This document shows, piece by piece, positions 36,975 to 50,584 of a stretch of 64,000 bases of DNA. The notes under the pieces were generated by a model. That model ran no database searches. It was not told the origin of the DNA and saw nothing but the letters and a program-made list of their open reading frames with translations. The stretch's first letter is position 1. Each line of letters opens with the position of its first letter. This DNA is from Octopus sinensis (taxonomy: Eukaryota), in NCBI RefSeq assembly GCF_006345805.1, contig NC_042999.1:168392001-168456000 (forward strand), read 5' to 3'. The position numbers and the translations under genes are program-made.

Positions 36975-38885
36975 CTTTAGGTTATACGAGGCTATATAAC
37001 CTAAAGGTTATCAGCAAGGTTTTCTGGAAATATGTGCACTCGAAGCAGAGACCTCACTCTCCAGTGGGTCCTCTTCGCAACCCTCACACAAGCCAGATCA
37101 CTGACGATCCCAAGGAATGCGCAGAACTCATTGCCGAGTGCTATGCAAGCATATTCACTGTTGAAAATCAAAATTTACCATCTTCACCATCTCTAACAGC
37201 AAATTCCATAACAACTATGGAATTTACACCTGCAATGCTGCGACGTCACCTTCAAAATAAGCGCAACTATGCCTCCCCTGGTCTTGATGGCATTACTTAC
37301 CTGCTTCTCAAACGTGGCAGGTACTTCCTTTTACACCAGCTTTCTATTTTTTTCCAGTACTGTCTCAACAATGGTGTTACTCCGGAGCAGTGGAAAACTG
37401 CCAGTGTCATTCCTCTGTTCAAAAAGGGCGACCGCACATCACCTGTCAACTATCACCCAGTCAGTCTCACTAGCTGTATTGCAAAACTGATGGAATCGTG
37501 TGTCAGAGAAACACTTTGGAACTTCTGGAGCTCTCACAGTCTCATCCGACCCTCACAATATGGATTTGTCCCCAACTCCAGCTGCAGTGATCAGCTTGTC
37601 GAGTTCCTTGAGGACATTACTCAGATCACTGACAGTGGCTCATGGGTGGATGTTGTCTACCTTGACTTTGCTAAGGCTTTTAATTCTGTGCCACACAAAA
37701 GGCTTATGGTGAAACTCTCTGCAATGGGTGTGAGGGATGATCTTTTTAATTGGTTGAAATCCTTCATTCTCAGCCGAAAGGAGGTAGTCACAGTTCTAGG
37801 ACAGCATTCTACACCATATGAGATGTCATTGGGTGTACCACAGGGATCTGTTCTTGGTCCCCTCTTGTTTGTGGCATACATTAATGACATAGATGCCAAT
37901 TTAAAGAATGCCACAGTATTGAAATATGCAGACGACATCAAGCTGTACCTTGAAATCAAGAGGACAGATCCTGATGTCTACAACTCTTTCCTGCAATCAG
38001 ACCTGGACACAATGCAGCAATGGATCACAGACTGGCAACTGAAACTGGCTGTGGACAAGTGTACCACCATGCATTTTGGGAGAAAAAACTCTGCGTCCAC
38101 ATACTCCCTCCACAACACTGATATCAAGAAATCCTCTTGCGAGCATGACCTAGGCATCACTGTCAGCAGTGATTTGCGTTGGACAAAGCATATCTCTAAA
38201 ATTGTCAAGAAGGCCGAGGGTGTCTTGGCATCACTCAGCAAAACTTTTGTTAGCTGCTCTCCAGCCATCTATTTAAAGCTGTATACAGCTATGGTATGAC
38301 CACACTTGGAATTCGCATCATCAGTTTGGAACCCCTATCTTGCTCAGAACATTGACCTCCTGGAATCTGTTCAGAGACGTGCAACCAAACGCATACCCTC
38401 CATCAGACACCTACCATACTCTGAGCGCCTTGTTTCCCTGGGCATGGATTCACTGAAGCTCCGGCATCTGGCGATGGACTTGGTAAACACCCACAAAGTT
38501 ATCAACCACCTCACCAACAACAACACTGAACACCTTTTTGATCTCCATGTGTCCAACACACGTGGACATGCCTACAAAGTCAGAAAACAGCACAGCTCCC
38601 ATGACTTTCGGAAACATTTTTTCACGCTCAGAGTTGCTGAAGCATGGAACAAACTGCCTGCGTCAGTTGTTGACTGCCATGACACTGCATCCTTTAAGGC
38701 CCTCATGCTTTCCGAAATCTGCCGAAACTACACCTGATTGTCCCCCTTCCATACTCATACACATATGTGTATGTCATGACTCATGCAATGTTCTTTTCCT
38801 GATGCTTGTACATTACCCTACATACACTTTAGATGAGTTGTAGTGCACCTGAGCACTGTACACAATGTTTTATTATTATTATTAT
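36975..38885 (+). mobile_element. CR1-clade LINE, 5'-truncated, RT almost intact
   Basis: ORF 37034..38299 has PGLDG, WKTASVIPLFKKG, QYGF, VVYLDFAKAFNSV, GVPQGSVLGP, YADD. A single TGA (expected Arg) separates it from in-frame 38306..38737. (TTA)n tail. Confidence 0.93.
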
Positions 38886-40042
38886 AAGATATTTAACCAT
38901 TCCAAGTTCTGAGTAACTAACTTAAGTAATTAGAGTACTAGAATTTTGATTGTAGTTACATGCATTTATAACACTTATATTGGTTTCAAGTTTTGGCTCA
39001 AGGCTAACAATTTCAGGGAACAAGGCTTTACCCCCAGAAGAATGGAAGGTAAAGTCAGCCTTGGCAGAATTTCAGTTCAAGATGTAAAGAAGGATAAAGT
39101 GCCGCTAAGCATTTTGTCTGATGTGCTAACAATTCTGCCAACTTACCACTTTATTTATAACTCTTATAATCATCATCATCATCATCATCATCATTTAGCG
39201 TCCGCTTTCCATGCTAGCATGGGTTGGACGGTTCTACTGGGGTCTGTGAAGCCAGAAGGCTTCATCAGGCCCAGTCAAATCTGGCAGTGTTTCTACGGCT
39301 GGATGCCCTTCCTAACGCCAACCACTCCGTGAGTGTAGTGGGTGGTTTTTACGTGCCACCCGCACAGGTGCCAGACAGAGCTGGCAAACAGCCACGAACG
39401 GATGGTGCTTTTTATGTGCCACCGGCAAAAATTGAAGGCCTGATTTGTTGTTCAGCTCCAGTTTAATTGTAATTGTGGTGACCTATGTACTCCAGGATTG
39501 CCCCATGTTTCCAGTATTATCTAATGTGGGCAGCTGTGGTTATGTAGTTAAGGAGCTTGCTTCCTATCCATGTGGTTTTGGGTTCAGTCCTACTGCATGG
39601 CATCTTGGACTAGTGTCTTCTACTATAGTCCCAAGTCAACCAAAACCTTGTGTGTGGATTTTGTAGATAGAAACTGAGAGAAGCCTATTGTGTGTACCTT
39701 GTTGTCTTCTGCTGATTGTAAATGAGCATCACTATCACACAAGTGATGTTATTTGTTTACAAAATCTGCCTCTACAAATTGAATCTCACTCATGCAAGCA
39801 TAGAAAAGTGGATATTAAACAAAAACTATGTGTTCTTCCCTTTAATATTGTTGAGTATTATTTGAAGGAAATTTGGCTCTTATTTCTACCTGTTTGAGTG
39901 ACCACTTAAAAGTTTTCTTGTTGGTTTAGAATAACTGATTTAATTTCTAAATGTGTTTAAATAGTTTCTACATTGTGTTTAAGACCGTTTCTTACTATTG
40001 CATTGCATTTAATCAGATTTTATTACTATGTTTTGTTTTCAG

Positions 40043-40160
40043 CGATACATTCAATACAACTTTCTTACTCGCTTTGAAAAATTTAAAACCCATGTCTTTA
40101 AAGTAAAACTTATTGCTCTTCCTACTGGTGGGAATTCAACTTATATTGTCACAGCATATG
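40043..40160 (+). CDS. Internal coding exon D (RYIQYNFLTRFEKFKTHVFKVKLIALPTGGNSTYIVTAY+1 nt)
   Basis: TTTTGTTTTCAG acceptor and GTATGT donor at 40161. 118 nt, phase 0 to phase 1, no stops. Too short for the ORF track. Confidence 0.85.
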
Positions 40161-41927
40161 GTATGTAACTTTTATATTTAACTTAATTAAAAATAACTGT
40201 TATTTTTCATGTGCTTTATGATTTATTCTCTAGCTTTCTCTCCTTACTAGTGTACATTCTTGAACAGTCTGTACTAATATATTTAATATATCATTGTAGT
40301 TTACTAGAAGCATTGTGATATAAAAGTAAAATAAAAATAGTGAAGACAGAGAACTTCTTAGTGTGAAAAAGGAAAGGAAAGTAACCTTCCTTTATATAAT
40401 TCAGGAACAAATATTTAAAGCTCATCTTTCCCTCTTTGCATTGTAAGAACCTCTTTGACTTTGTTGTTACTTATTTTAACGATATATTTAGTGTAGTGAG
40501 CCATTAAGGTTTATTAATTACATTGTGTAACAACATTTTAATATTTTTGTCTTTGGTCAGTAAGTGTTATTTCCTATTCACTTCTATTTAGAAATCAAAG
40601 GAAATGACTACCGTTCCCTTCAAACATTGTTTTTATGACCTGGACATCAATGTTTTGAAACTGACCTATTTCCCATTACATCTCAGACAGATTCAGTGCT
40701 GAGTTGCTGAAGCAGAAATATTGTTATAGTAAATATTCTGCTCAATACCACAGATTTGCTTGTCAGTTGCTTGACTGTAATCACTTGAGCATTTCTCTTA
40801 GTGGCTGACAATATGTGCATCTCTGATCATGAGCAGGAGTAGTAGGGGAGCATCATAGCCATGTGTTGAGGGGGATTCTTTGGGGTTTGAATAAATGTAA
40901 CAAAAGCAAAGATTGAAGGAGATAGTAATTTTTCATACTTTCTGGGGGTAAGCAAATAGGAAATAACAGTTGCTACCCAGGGACTAAAATTGTGTTATAC
41001 AGTGTAATTATGTGGTGAGGAAAACAATCATTAGCTTAATGATCAGTTATGGTTAAGAAAGAAAAGGGTAAAAATCTTTAAAAGTCTTAACTAAAAATGA
41101 CTTAAAGATAGAATGTAGCTACCCAGTGGTGAGTTAGTCTGATCTTGACTGTAGGATGACTGCTTCAGCCATGTTTTAGTACCAATATAGGCTCATTAAA
41201 GTATAGACTTAATATAGTAATTTGGAAAAAATACCCAAGGCCGTACTGTACACGAAAATCAAATGGTAAGGTTGGTTACCAACATACTTATAGCCAAGAA
41301 ATTTTAAAGGTATGGCTGTGTGGTAAGAAGTTTCTTTCCTAACCACACGGTTCTGGTTTCAGTCCCACTGCATAGTACCTTGGGTACATGTTTGGGCTGA
41401 TCAAAAGCTTGTGAGTGGATTTGATTGATGGAAACTGAAAGAAGCCTTTTATATATGCACACATGCGTGTGTGTGTGTCTCCTTATCTTGATGTTAAGCG
41501 ACAGTTGTAAACAGCTCATTGTCATACAAGCAATGAAATTCATTTTCAGTATTCTGCAAAAGTATGCCTGGCCATAGGAAACCTTGCTTGGAAACAAGTG
41601 AAGGTGGTGACAAGAAGAGATTCTGGCCATAGCAAATCTGCCTCAATAAACTGTTGACCCATGCAAGTACGGAAAAGTGGACGTTAAAATATCACGCAAG
41701 GTAAAAAAAACAAAAAAAAACAACAAAAACAAGCGTTAATTTATTGCAAATTCTGCTTTAGAAAGATAGGGGGAAACAACTCCAAAATCTTAAGTCATTT
41801 TAAACATATCTGGAATAGTCACAATATTACATTCCCTCTCTGCTCTGTTGGCCATTATCTATTTCTAACATTTTGTGTTTATCTCCCTTTAGAAAAATTT
41901 TTTTAATAAGCTAGAACTGACCATTAA

Positions 41928-42149
41928 CCCTTTCGTTACTGTATTTATTTTGAGATGCTCTGTGTTTTTTTCAATTAATTTTAAATATAACAAAGAATTT
42001 AGTAAAATAACTTCATTATCATTCAGCTAGTGTTAGGAACATAAATTGTGACTAACGTTTGATGGAAGATTTTAATTTGATACTTATGAATACAAGGCAT
42101 TTGTACTACAGAGCCAGAGGCGGTTTCGGCCGGGTTGGTATCAAAAGGG
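41928..42149. mobile_element. piggyBac-type MITE (second family; partial copy at ~31165-31380)
   Basis: TTAA|CCCTTTCG ... TCAAAAGGG|TTAA. Confidence 0.7.
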
Positions 42150-42299
42150 TTAAATATCCTTTTGCCACTGGCGTAATATTAATCAAAATGTATTAGCTTA
42201 CTATTGTCTGTTTATACCTATTTGGCTTTCATGCAAAGCATGTCTTTGAGTACTTTCTGCATGAATGTTTTATATTTAATAATTTTCTTATCATTATGG

Positions 42300-42637
42300 T
42301 AAAGAGTAAAGACTCCCTTCGGTCATGAATGACCATGGGATTGCACCTAGAAAGTTCCCTTCTAAGGTACAAGTCCAGACAAGGTTTGTTTTATAGAAGA
42401 CCAGCAGTCGCCATGCATAGCAACCTCCCCTCTATATGCCACCAATTTTGTCTGAGGGAAAGGCAAAGGCTGATACAATTTGGCACCAGTGATGTTGCAA
42501 TTCATTTCTAAAGCTGAGTGAACTGGAACAACGTGAAATAAAGTGTCTTGTTCAAGAACACAACACACAGCTCTACTGGAAATTGAACACACTACCTCAT
42601 GATTGTGAGCCTGATGCTCTAACCACTGAGCTATCAC
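42300..42637 (-). mobile_element. tRNA-derived SINE (related partial copy at ~43090-43345)
   Basis: Minus-strand head GATAGCTCAGTGGTTAGAGCA...GTTCAATTTCC followed by TGTTGTGTTCTTGAACAAGACACTTTA. Confidence 0.7.
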
Positions 42638-44335
42638 TAACTACTTCAGGAAATGAGATAAATCTTTGCTTTGCTGAGGAGTTACATAATGAAAATGAAT
42701 TATATCCATAGTTATCTAGTTGATGATTAAATGTTTTCTTTTAGTTGTTGGTTGTTATTTAGCCCCAGGTCAACCTGTATCATGCAGACCTTTAATCAAA
42801 AATGTTTTAGCCATGGAGTATGAAATAATACTAAGGTTGATCTTGCCTTTTAATTTGCAGTGTTTAACCTTTTAGCATTTAAACTGGCCATATCCAGTCA
42901 AAATATTCTTCCTGTCTTATACGCAAACTGGCCTATCTAGCAATGTTAGCCTAAAAAATATACAATTACATCGTCAAAATCTTGAAGCTAATCTTGAAGA
43001 TAATCCATGATTAACTCAAAACAATGAGAATAAATGTTACATTTGATAGAGTCATCTGAATGTTAAATGATTAACACAATAAATTACTGGGAATGTACTG
43101 AGGTGGATAAAATGTAAAGGTATCTTCTCGAGTCACACCAACTCATATGGGCCAGTTTCCTGGTTCCATGGTGTATATATTCCCCACCTGAGGGATGCTG
43201 GTCAGTTGCAGGATTACTCCTTTTTGTCAGCTGAGTGGACTGAAGCAATGTGAAATGAAGTGTTTTGTTCAAGAACACAATGCATAGCCCAGTCCAGAAA
43301 TCAAAACCATGATCTGAGGGTCATGAGTCCAACAGCCTAATTGCTGAGCCATGCACCTCTACACTGAGGTGAACAGGATAATTCTATTCCTTTATATAAA
43401 TTGTTTTTGTGCCACATGACAAAAAAAAAAGCAAAAATAAAGACAAAAAGCAAAGCAGTTTTTGCTTTTGATTATAATTTAGCTTTGATGAATAATAGCT
43501 AGTATAATATTATTGCATTGTAGTTAAAACAGTTCCTCTTTGTAAAGGAGGTATTGTTTTATTTGATAGTTGAGTAGTTTTTTCTTAGCAGTGGGAGGTG
43601 GTTTCTGTATTCTGCCACTGATGCTGAGCTGTATTCCTGGAGGAGTCTCATTTCTCAGTCTCCTTAAGTCTAAACAAATGTCATGTAGATATACATTTTC
43701 CTGTTTTGATTTGTGTGGCAGTTTTACCATCAAATTATTATTATAGTAGGTAAAATACAAGATTATAGGATTAAATGCCTTACAGTATTTATTTTCATAC
43801 CATTATGTCTTAAGTTCAATTCCCATAGGAGCCATCCTTGATGTTACATACCAGACGTGTGCAGAGGTTGATTCAATCATCTCTCCATCTCCACTACAAA
43901 TCTTTGCCATTCTACTCATGTAACAAATCATTGTTGCATTAAAATTGTTCAAAACAGCACCTTGATAATTTGTCATGGACTACCAGCCATGGAGTAGTTG
44001 GCATTTGGAAGGGCATCCAACCATAGAAACCATGCCAAATCAGACCGGAGTCTGGTGAAGCCTTCCAGATTACCAGCCCTGGTCAAACCATCCAACCCAT
44101 GCCAGCATGGATAATGGATGTTCAATGATGATGATGATGATGATGCAGATAATAACTGTGAATTATTTATGGTTTCTATTTTGGTTTCTATGCCAACCAG
44201 TATACTGCATTCTACATTTTCTTAATGATTTTCATCATCACTTTAGCATGTTAATGAACGAAGTCTATGCTTTGTGGATGAATAATATCCAGAGTTATCT
44301 CTCATATTTGCTAAAATATTATGATATTTGTCATT

Positions 44336-44556
44336 ATAGTAATCTTTCGCCATATCACGGTTCACCTATCGCGGTTTATTGTTTAAGCTTACATCGATTC
44401 CTCTGGGGTGTTGTTTTGCATTTATAATAAAACAGATATTTACAAATAATAAAAATAATTTTAAAAAATATACTGTACTGTTCCTACTTTGTGGATTTTC
44501 ACCTATTACGGGAGGTTTTGGAACATAACACCCACAGTAGTCAAGGTATATTACTT
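44336..44556. mobile_element. Possible pogo/Tigger-like MITE
   Basis: Degenerate ends TATAGTAATCTTTCGCC / CAAGGTATATTACT. Weak. Confidence 0.35.
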
Positions 44557-44785
44557 TTCATCACTTCACTATTACTTCTAATTAGTTGTTTAATGCTCAA
44601 TGTATTAAATATATTTAAATATAGTTACTACACTAAATTATCATCTTATGCAGATATAACTTGTGTAGTTTCTGTCAATCTCATGAGAGCATGGCTGTCG
44701 CAAAGTCCTGGATCTCTTTATGTAGCTTCTTGGACTAATTGCCTACCAGCCTTAAGTTGTCCACAGCTTTGTAAGTAGAATTAGG

Positions 44786-45166
44786 GAGCTTGCTAACCAA
44801 CCACATGGTTGCGGGTTCAGTCCCACTGCGTAGCATCTTGGGCAAGTGTCTTCTGCTATAGCCCCGGGCCGACCAATGCCTTGTGAGTGGATTTGGTAGA
44901 CGGAAACTGAAAGAAGCCTGTCGTATATATGTATATATATATGTGTGTGTATATGTGTTTGTGTGTCTGTGTTTGTCCCCCTAGCATTGCTTGACAACCG
45001 ATGCTGGTGTGTTTACGTCCCCGTCACTTAGCGGTTCAGCAAAAGAGACTGATAGAATAAGTACTGGGCTTACAAAGAATAAGTCCCGGGGTCGATTTGC
45101 TCGACTAAAGGCGGTGCTCCAGCATGGCCACAGTCAAATGACTGAAACAAGTAAAAGAGTAAAGAG
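44786..45166 (+). mobile_element. SINE family A, slightly 5'-truncated
   Basis: Near-identical to 21705-22115. Confidence 0.85.
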
Positions 45167-45371
45167 ACAGATCTGTGTAGAAGCCTGTAAAACTGTACCT
45201 ATAATTCAAAGGGTTAGCCTTGTCACATATACACGCAATGACACACACACACAATATCACACTGACACTATCTGAGGTATGTGTTTAGTAGACACTTACA
45301 TTTGTTATTAGGTAGAACTGAAAGGCGTTGTACCTAATAACAGTGTTGCAGTATTATTCCCAATTGCTACA

Positions 45372-45727
45372 AGGGCGTGGTGATCTCATTCTCGCCCACA
45401 ACATCATAAGCGGAAAGTGTAACCTCTCAAAAGAGCTGTTCTTCACTCCTGCTCCAGAGCGTCGGCTGTGGGGTCATTCCAAAAAGCTCTACCTGCGACG
45501 ATTTCATCTCAATCGAAGGAGAGGAGCTTTCTCCGTCCGGGTTGCGGATCTGTGGAACAAGCTGCCAGACGAGATGGTGAAGATGCCGACGACCGCTTTG
45601 TTCAAAGCCTCCCTTGACCTCAAGTGGCCTGAACTCTTTACATGAACACCACCCTGTACTTAACTCCATGTCCCCCTACATGGCCTTGCTATTTGCTTTT
45701 GAACCAAATTAACTAACTAACTAACTA
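45372..45727 (+). mobile_element. CR1-clade LINE 3' fragment
   Basis: RGDLILAHNII...GHSKKL...FSVRVADLWNKLP with a (TAAC)n tail. Confidence 0.85.
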
Positions 45728-45734
45728 GAGAGAT

Positions 45735-47060
45735 GTAACTACTAGGGAATCAAATTGTTGGGCCAGCTTATGAAGTTTGTAGTGAGAGTTATAGCAAAAT
45801 TTATTAGGATCAGTATTGGCCTTGATGAGATGTAGCTTGGCTTTGTACTAGGAAGAAGTGCTGTCAATACCATCTTCCTTATGAGACAACAACAGAAGTA
45901 CTTATCTGGGAGTAAGCTCCTATACCTTAGCATTCGTTATATGAGTATTTGAATAGCTTGTGAGAGCCACAGAAGCCATATAGTTAGCAAAGTGTGGATC
46001 ACTAATGAATTCAGCAATGAATTTAGTATGTTGGTGGGGATTCAGTAATGAATTTAGTGAGTGAATATCAGTTCAGCAAGGTTTAGTTTTCAACCATTAC
46101 CTGTTTAATATAATCATCCAAGTCTATGAGAACTCCTGCATGCTGATGATCTATTTCTTATAAACAAAATGTTGATGATTTATTGAAGAAATTTCGAGCA
46201 CAAAAGCAAAATTTGGAATGGAGAGTAAATTATGTAAAAACTAAAGTTTTCCGATTTTGGGAAAAAAACACAACTCTGTTAATCATCAGGGAAATAACCA
46301 ATCTTGACATAGAGAAAAGGGAAAAGGGACTTAGTAGGGGTTCCATACAGTATATTCAATGTAAACTATGGATGCACAAGAGTGCAATCACAGGCTGTCT
46401 GACTGGGTAGATCGAATTCATATGACGCAAATGCACAGGAGTAGTTAGCAGCGGCAAGAATACATTTAGAATGAATTCCTCATTAAAAGTAGTTGATAAC
46501 TTTTGTTACTCAGGTAACCTAATTACCAGGTGGAAGTTGATGTTTCAAAAGCATAATAGAGTAAGAACAGGGTGGTAAAAATTGAAAAAGCTGCTGCAAG
46601 AAATAGTTTCTTTCTCAGAGTAAAAGCCAGGTTGTATGATGCTTGTGTATGAAGTTTGATGCCACATGATTGTGAGATGTGGCTATTGAATATGTAAGAT
46701 ATGCAATGATTAGAAAGAAATGAAGTGAGGAAGCTGTACTGGCTGTGTAATGTTAGTGTGCATGAACAATAGAGTACAAGTAAAGTGAGAGGAAAGCTGG
46801 ATATATGAAGAATTGGATGGAGAGGGCAAGAAAGAAGACTATGCAAGTACAGGTATGTGATGCATATGAAGGATGTCAGTTCTATAAACTATTGCTGAGC
46901 AGTTGAAATGGTTTGAAGCTGTGGATGATGGAGACATTAATACATGGGATGAAGTAGTGATGATAGATCTCAAGAAACTGAACCTCAGAAAGGAAGTGAC
47001 AAAGAAGCTTAACAAGTGGCAGTATAAGATGCTGAAGAAGATCTGTCCACTGGTATAAGC
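45735..47060 (+). mobile_element. Old degenerate RTE LINE
   Basis: Plus-strand remnants GIKLLGQLMKF...GFVLGRSAVNTIFLMRQ, then ADDL and RVRTGW..., collinear with the 6665-8580 copy. Many stops. Confidence 0.7.
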
Positions 47061-48439
47061 ATGACAAAATATTTGTTAAGCTGCTGGTGGAGATGAAGGC
47101 TGGGATATGTAATATATGTACTTCATGTTTCTCACCTGTTGTATTACTGTTAAGTCTCCATTCACTACTTCCTATGTAACCTTCTTGCATATCATCTTTT
47201 CTTTTCTATCCACTCTACCACAGTGCCTGAATGGTGCCATGATAAAATGCACCCAGTTCACTCTAAAATAATTGGTGAACAAACAGAAATAACATAGAAA
47301 GGTCTCTTTTGTTTTGTCAGGGATCTGACAACCTCTCTAGTGCCGGTACCATGATACAATGCATCAAATACAGAAACTATGCTAAAAATAAAATATATGA
47401 GCACTCTGTCCTTTGACCAATCTAAGAAGGCAGTATACCTGAATAAGGGCTGACTTGACCTGACAGCTCATTCAGTCTAAGCCACACTAATGATGATAGC
47501 TGTGGCACGTACATACATGTGTGTGTGTGTTTGTAAGAACTAGCTTACATAAACCTTTCAGTGAGCCAAATGAGAAACTCTTGAATTATTTAGACCATGT
47601 CACCACCCCAACTCCAGCAGTGTCTAACCTATTAGCATTTACATTCTTTTATCAAAAGTAGTGCTTATTTATTCACATTATTTTCAACTAACCATGCCCT
47701 ATCCTGTAGCTTTGAGATTTTGATGAGATAACTGTTAATTTTTAGAATGACATTGTAGGGTTGATGTGAGAAACTAGATCTGACTAGTTTGGACATATAA
47801 AATAGGAAGGATATTTTGGCTGGATGTCGCTGGTTTAAATACTAAAGGTTAAGAATTTCATCTACAACAGCAGGAAAATCTTCAGTCTAAGCTTTTGTAA
47901 AGAAATATTCAATAAAGTATTGTACTGTTATAATAAAGCCTTATTAGTAAACAGAGCAATATTATCTACTCACCCCACCCCCACTAGTTTTCAGTGTTTA
48001 AAACCTGGTTGATTTCATGCTTTAAATTTGGTATTGATGTGTGTGTATTAATATTTATAAGGTAAAAGTGCATAGTGATTTCAAAATTTCACCATTTGTT
48101 GACCAATGAGCAATGGACTTTTGAAGTTACTGTCAACCTATTCTTTCTAAAAATTGATGCACCACTTAAATAATATTCAATGATCATTCATTTAATGATT
48201 TGACCATTCTTATATATAGCTATACTTGTGTGTGTGTGTGTGTGTGTGTATGTGTGCACATGTATTTGATTGCAGTTTATAAGTTTGGTAACAATAATCT
48301 ACTATTAAGAAATGTAACTGTCTTTGGGTTGGTTAGTTTGTATAGGTATTATTAAACTAGATTGTTAAATTGAATACAATACTTTTTAAGTTTCATTTGC
48401 TCTTTGAAAATAACAAAGACTTATTTTCTATTTCTGCAG

Positions 48440-48621
48440 TCAATTCACTGAATGTGAACAAGAAACGAACAATTGCTGTGTCAATTGATAGTGAAAATAG
48501 TCTTCATGTGGTATTTGAACCAAGTCGTCAATATGTGGCTGATAGTTATAATGTCAGCTTGATCCGGTTTCCTACACTTATTCCTGATCCAATCTCTTCA
48601 GTTATTGTTCAACAGCAACAG
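48440..48621 (+). CDS. Internal coding exon E (VNSLNVNKKRTIAVSIDSENSLHVVFEPS...SSVIVQQQQ)
   Basis: TTTCTGCAG acceptor and GTAGGC donor at 48622. 182 nt, phase 1 to phase 0, same frame as ORF 48370..48642. FnIII-like beta-strand pattern. Confidence 0.85.
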
Positions 48622-48863
48622 GTAGGCATTATATATATATAATATATAAAGTAATATGTAATGGTAAGATCCAGGAATCAAGGCGTAGGAAGTTAGTAAG
48701 ATTTGAGCAGTCTGTAGGAGGTGTAAAAACAACTTTCAGGAACAATAGTGGTTTATTGATGTAGAAGGTTGTAAATTTTTCCCATATCCAAAGTTCAATA
48801 AGCTGAAAAAATTTATTTTGTAGTCTATGGTTAGCAACTGGGGTTGTTGTGTATCAAATAAAA

Positions 48864-49143
48864 ATCCAAATTTAGTGAACGGAGTAGATAAAATCCAAGC
48901 TACTTATGTTTCCTAGCTAGCAGAACTTTGGAAATAGTAATTACTCATATGAAGTGTACTCCGCTAGCTAATCATCAGGCCAAAGATACCTTAGTCAATA
49001 TAACCTTCATTTGACTAACGTACCTTTGGCCTGATGAGTAGCTAGTGGATTACTCTTGTTTGGCTAGTTACTACTTACAAGGTTCTGCTAGCTTTGAGAC
49101 ATAAGTAGCTGGATTTTATCTACTCCATTCTTTAAATTTGGAT
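48864..49143. repeat. 280-bp diverged palindrome
   Basis: ATCCAAATTTA...GGAGTAGATAAAATCC / GGATTTTATCTACTCC...TAAATTTGGAT. Centre TTAGTCAA...TTGACTAA. Confidence 0.85.
48899..48980 (-). ncRNA. Degenerate hammerhead motif (mirror + copy at 49029-49110 has GAGAC instead of GAAAC)
   Basis: Minus strand: GGC-CTGATGA-T-TAGCTAGC...GCTAGCTA-G-GAAAC-ATAA-GTA-GCT. Confidence 0.5.
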
Positions 49144-49148
49144 ATATG

Positions 49149-49890
49149 CAGGGTGTTCATTAAAGATTTCTCCTGACCCACTTCCTAAAGGCTGGCATAA
49201 ATGAAACTTGGCATAATTATTAGTCCTTCTCTACATAGCCACCACCAATGGTGACACACTGCTTTATGCAGCTGTGAAGACTTCGTCTGTAGAAGTCAGT
49301 AGTTTGTGTCTGAAGCAAAGACTTTACCTCAGAAATAAGTTCATCATCATCCGAGAAGTGCTTCCCCTTCAAAAAGAACTTCATGGTTGGAAAGAGGTGG
49401 AAGTCAGATGGTGCTACGTTGGGAGAGTAAGTGGGATGAAAAAAGATTTCATAGCCGCAGGAATGTGCTTTCATCTGAGCAACATGTGCATTGTGAACAA
49501 CTGGGGCATTGTCTTGGAGGAGGTGGACTCCTTTGGTCAATATGCCATGCCTCTCCTCAAATGGCGTCCTGCAATTTGTGCAGCAGAGAAGCTTAATATG
49601 TCTCGTTAATTGTGGTATCCTTTGCCAGGAAATCCATCATCACTACTCTGCGCAGGTCCAAAAAGACTGTGAGCATCATCTTGCCTGCTGAGGGTGAACA
49701 CAAGCCTTCTTTGGAGGTGGTGAGTTATCATGCTTCCATTGCTTTGACTGAACTTCAGTATCAGGATCATAGTGATGGACCCATGTTGCATCCTGTGTGA
49801 TAAGTCTGCTGAAAAAGTCCTTGTTTTCTTGGCACATTGCCAAAAGAACCTGGGAGCAATTGACTCATTCCTGCTTCCAAAAATTTAGAT
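49149..49890 (-). mobile_element. Mariner transposon remnant (catalytic C-terminus)
   Basis: ORF 49220..49540: LLQDNAP, HPTYSPNVAPSDFHLF, LKGKHF. Confidence 0.85.
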
Positions 49891-50521
49891 GCTTACATAT
49901 AGCTTTTATATAGCTTTTCCATATGCTAACCAAGCTGACCAAGTCAGTTCTAGTAATGTGTTTTGCCATAAGGAACAAGATTGGTAAAAAAATGCTTGAA
50001 TTTATGATTCTGATCTGTAGTCAAACACTATATATAACCTCATAGCCTACAATCCTCAATCTCCGTTTGATAATTCGTATATGTTTCAGTCATAATATTT
50101 AAAAAAAGTAAGAAATTATAAACTTTATTTGAAATGTGTAAATGTTGATGAATACTTTATGAAGTAAGATATATTCCATGCAGGTTGAAATTTTTCAAAT
50201 TTTTCAAATTTTTTAATTAAGATAGAAAAAAGAGATTAACAAGCATATTTGACAAACTACATATCTAATTACCCTATTGATAAGTTATTATTTGGCTACA
50301 CTTAATACAGTATAGAACTAGAAGCATTTTCATCATTTGGATTTTTAAAATGAGTACTCTGTGCCCTGTCTGTCTCTCCCTCCCTCTGTCTGTCTGTCTG
50401 TCTCTTTCTTTCTCTCTGCTCTCTCTCTTTCTCTCTCTCTCAGCCTTGTTTATTGCTCAGTACCCTTGTTAGAAAAATTAAATTCTAATTTATTTCAATC
50501 GAATGAATATATTTTCCTCAG

Positions 50522-50584
50522 TTGCCTGGTAATTTAACGGAGCTAGAATTTACTGACATTCAGCCTGGTAATTATCGAATTCAG
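50522..50584 (+). CDS. Internal coding exon F (LPGNLTELEFTDIQPGNYRIQ)
   Basis: TTTTCCTCAG acceptor and GTAATT donor at 50585. 63 nt, phase 0 to phase 0. The F-x-D-I-x-P-G-x-Y motif is typical of FnIII strand E-F. Confidence 0.85.
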
